In this document: positions 62,301 through 64,000 of the stretch, in pieces | Layout of the letters: the number at the start of each line of letters is the position of its first letter | How positions within the stretch are numbered: position 1 is the stretch's first letter | Assembly (NCBI GenBank): GCA_038087875.1 | Contig: CM075992.1 | Span: 498,001 to 562,000, forward strand | Direction of reading: 5' to 3' | Length of the DNA: 64,000 bases | Source of the DNA: Malacoraja senta | Taxonomy: Eukaryota | Notes under the pieces: generated by a model | Told to the model about the DNA's origin: nothing | Databases searched by the model: none | Seen by the model: only the letters and a program-made list of their open reading frames with translations | Position numbers and translations under genes: made by a program

Positions 62301-63724
62301 TCTGCTCCTATCACTTATGGCCTTATGATCTAATGCTAAATCCCAGACATTTGGATAAATCCAAGGGGATTGCATGTTTGAATGTTGGGCCAAATCCCCG
62401 TGGGGAAGGCGCAGGTGAGGGAGTTGGCCTTACCTGAGCTGGGTCTTCCTGGGGAGGTTTGCTGCACAACAGGCAGGAATGGCTGCTTGAGGAGGAAGGC
62501 AGGAAAATGGCTGAAATAAACAGAGTTTACAATCAATCCGAGTGATTACCATCTGTCACCTGGAGCGGGCAAGCTGGGGAGAGAGAGAGAGAGAGAGAGA
62601 GAGATGGACATGATGGGAGCGCGCTCGCTCTGTGTCTGGGCCAGGGACACAGGTTTAGAGATACAGCGCGGAAACGGCCCTTCGGCCCACCGAGTCCGTG
62701 CCGACCAGCGATCCCCGCACACCAACACTATCCTACACACACTAGGGACAATTTACAAATATACCAAAGCCAATTAACCAACAAAACTGCACGTCTTTGG
62801 AATGTGGGAGGAAACTGGAGCACCCGGAGAAAACCCACGCAGGTCACGGGGAGAACGTACAGACTCCACACAGACAGCGCCCGTGGTCAGGATCGAACCC
62901 CGGGTCTCCGGCGCTGAGAGGCTGCAACTCTACCGCTGCTGGTTTAGAGTTATAGCCACATGCAGACAGAGGAGATCAGTTTAAGTGGGCATCATGTACC
63001 ACACAGTGGGCCGAAGGGCCTCTTCCTGTTCTGCTTATTCCATGTTCTATTTTTACAATTCACAAAGAAAGACTCTGATCTGGTTCCAAGGCAGGCATTG
63101 TACATAGTTCCAGGTTCAAGACGTCAGAATCAAACTTACACGCAATGTTGAGCTCCGCTCAGTAACGCAGGAACGGGGGTGGTGGGGGGGGGGGGTAAGG
63201 GGGCATGTGGGGTGACGGGCTGTGTCTGTCTCAGTGACGAGGCTCTCCACAGCCCCCCATCTACTGTACAACTCCTCACACAGCTGCGTCCACAATAACA
63301 TTGACACAAGGTGTGGACGGGGCCCAGGGAACCCTTAGGAATTTCCCAAAACCAAACATGCTGGCAGAACGAGGACAAGAACTCCCCTCCCCCTCCCCTC
63401 CCCCACACACCACCGTATCTTCCCCTCCCCTCACCTTCACAACACCCCCCCCCCCCCCTCTCCCTCCCCACACCCCACCGCTCCTCTCCCCATCCCCCTC
63501 CCTACAAACCTCTCCTCTCCCTTCCCCCTCATCCTCCCTCTCCCGCCACCCCTCCCCACACCCCTCCCCAGTCAACAACATCTGCGCCCTCTCCCCGGGA
63601 AGCATCCCAGCAGAATTCCCTGCATGTCGGGCCACAACTCAACTCCACTCAAGAACCCAGCGACTGAAGGCTCACCTGCTGCTCTCAGCACCGGTGGGAG
63701 TGTTAGGTCCACTTCCTGGTAGAT
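47035..63724 (-). CDS. CAMSAP3: CAMSAP3 (calmodulin-regulated spectrin-associated protein 3), 3' ten coding exons; 5' part lies beyond the window
   Basis: Large central exon with CAMSAP coiled coils ([34 protein letters not shown]) and a C-terminal CKK domain; motifs [12 protein letters not shown] and [17 protein letters not shown] plus tail-to-tail synteny with XAB2 favour CAMSAP3 over CAMSAP1/2. Confidence 0.93.
48104..48222 (-). CDS. CAMSAP3: CAMSAP3 exon (CKK domain start)
   Basis: [44 protein letters not shown] on minus strand. Confidence 0.95.
48924..49039 (-). CDS. CAMSAP3: CAMSAP3 exon
   Basis: [38 protein letters not shown]. Confidence 0.92.
50383..50821 (+). repeat. C-rich hexamer-like microsatellite (CCCCCA/CCAACT/CCTCCA)n
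   Basis: Directly visible; G-rich on the CAMSAP3 sense strand, just downstream of an exon donor. Confidence 0.9.
50858..50951 (-). CDS. CAMSAP3: CAMSAP3 exon
   Basis: [32 protein letters not shown]; phases consistent. Confidence 0.9.
52540..52739 (-). CDS. CAMSAP3: CAMSAP3 exon
   Basis: [33 protein letters not shown]...SPVKGLLG. Confidence 0.9.
53317..53402 (+). repeat. 22-bp minisatellite x~4 (TAGACGGTGACGTAGAGAGGTC)
   Basis: Directly visible. Confidence 0.85.
53424..53548 (-). CDS. CAMSAP3: CAMSAP3 exon (coiled coil 3)
   Basis: [42 protein letters not shown]. Confidence 0.92.
53770..54345 (+). mobile_element. Rex1/Babar-type LINE 3' end with internal ~80-bp duplication
   Basis: [33 protein letters not shown]...HPGH...[21 protein letters not shown]; tail ending ACGTGACAATAAACTAAAC, which recurs at 5245-5510, 28490, 42335 etc. 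Confidence 0.75.
56225..58265 (-). CDS. CAMSAP3: CAMSAP3 large central exon (~2 kb)
   Basis: Core of the 758-aa ORF 56009-58285, from [15 protein letters not shown] to SVGFFFK; CAGCAG acceptor, AAG|GTTGGT donor. Confidence 0.95.
58637..59483 (+). repeat. (GGAGT)n pentanucleotide microsatellite with GGGGT/GCAGT/GTAGT/GGAGA variants
   Basis: Directly visible, ~850 bp; source of the spurious STPLH/WSGVE ORFs. Confidence 0.95.
59845..59920 (-). CDS. CAMSAP3: CAMSAP3 exon
   Basis: [26 protein letters not shown]; donor GTAATT. Confidence 0.88.
60706..61342 (+). mobile_element. CR1 LINE 3' fragment, same subfamily as 26210-27360
   Basis: Near-identical sequence to 26715-27340 by eye. Confidence 0.9.
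62434..62510 (-). CDS. CAMSAP3: CAMSAP3 exon
   Basis: [32 protein letters not shown] acceptor, CAG|GTAAGG donor; phase fits neighbours. Confidence 0.8.
63676..63724 (-). CDS. CAMSAP3: CAMSAP3 small exon
   Basis: [24 protein letters not shown] acceptor, CAG|GTGAGC donor; phase fits. Confidence 0.7.
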
Positions 63725-64000
63725 CTGTGAAGGGAGACAAAGAAAATAGACACAGAGTGCTGGAGTAACTCAGCAGGGTCAGGCAGCATCTGTGGAGAAC
63801 ATGGATAGGTGACGTTTCACAGAGTGCTGGAGTAACTCAGCGGGTCAGGCAGCATCTGTGGAGAACATGGATAGGTGACGTTTCACAGAGTGCTGGAGTA
63901 ACTCAGCGGGTCAGGCAGCATCTGTGGAGAACATGGATAGGCGACGTTTCAGGTCTGGATAGAGTGGATGTGGAGAGGATGTTTCTACTAGTGGGAGAGT

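Overview
Repeat-dense vertebrate genomic DNA, most likely a cartilaginous fish (skate/ray-like; inferred from HE1/V-SINE-type tRNA SINEs, CR1, Rex/Babar and Penelope-derived repeats). Three protein-coding genes can be reconstructed exon by exon. PCP2 is a GoLoco protein on the + strand (~3.1-10.4 kb). XAB2/SYF1 is on the + strand (13881-43177; 18 of an expected 19 exons seen, exon 2 runs into an N-gap and exon 16 is absent, probably in the second gap). The 3' part of CAMSAP3 is on the - strand (63724 to stop 47035, with a ~3 kb 3'UTR), convergent with XAB2. This matches the PCP2-XAB2-CAMSAP3 neighbourhood of human chr19p13, but no PET100 is recognisable between PCP2 and XAB2. The most interesting non-genic signal is a very abundant short repeat family (roughly 25 or more copies). 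It carries a minimal hammerhead-ribozyme-like core (CUGANGA-A-stem II-GAAACGUC), is often flanked by 9-16 bp target-site duplications or arranged as palindromes or tandems, and is physically linked to a Penelope GIY-YIG ORF. One copy sits in sense within the predicted CAMSAP3 3'UTR, and a young Penelope copy splits the XAB2 promoter next to a ~0.85 kb GC-box tandem array. All identifications come from my own reading and recall; no database searches were run.
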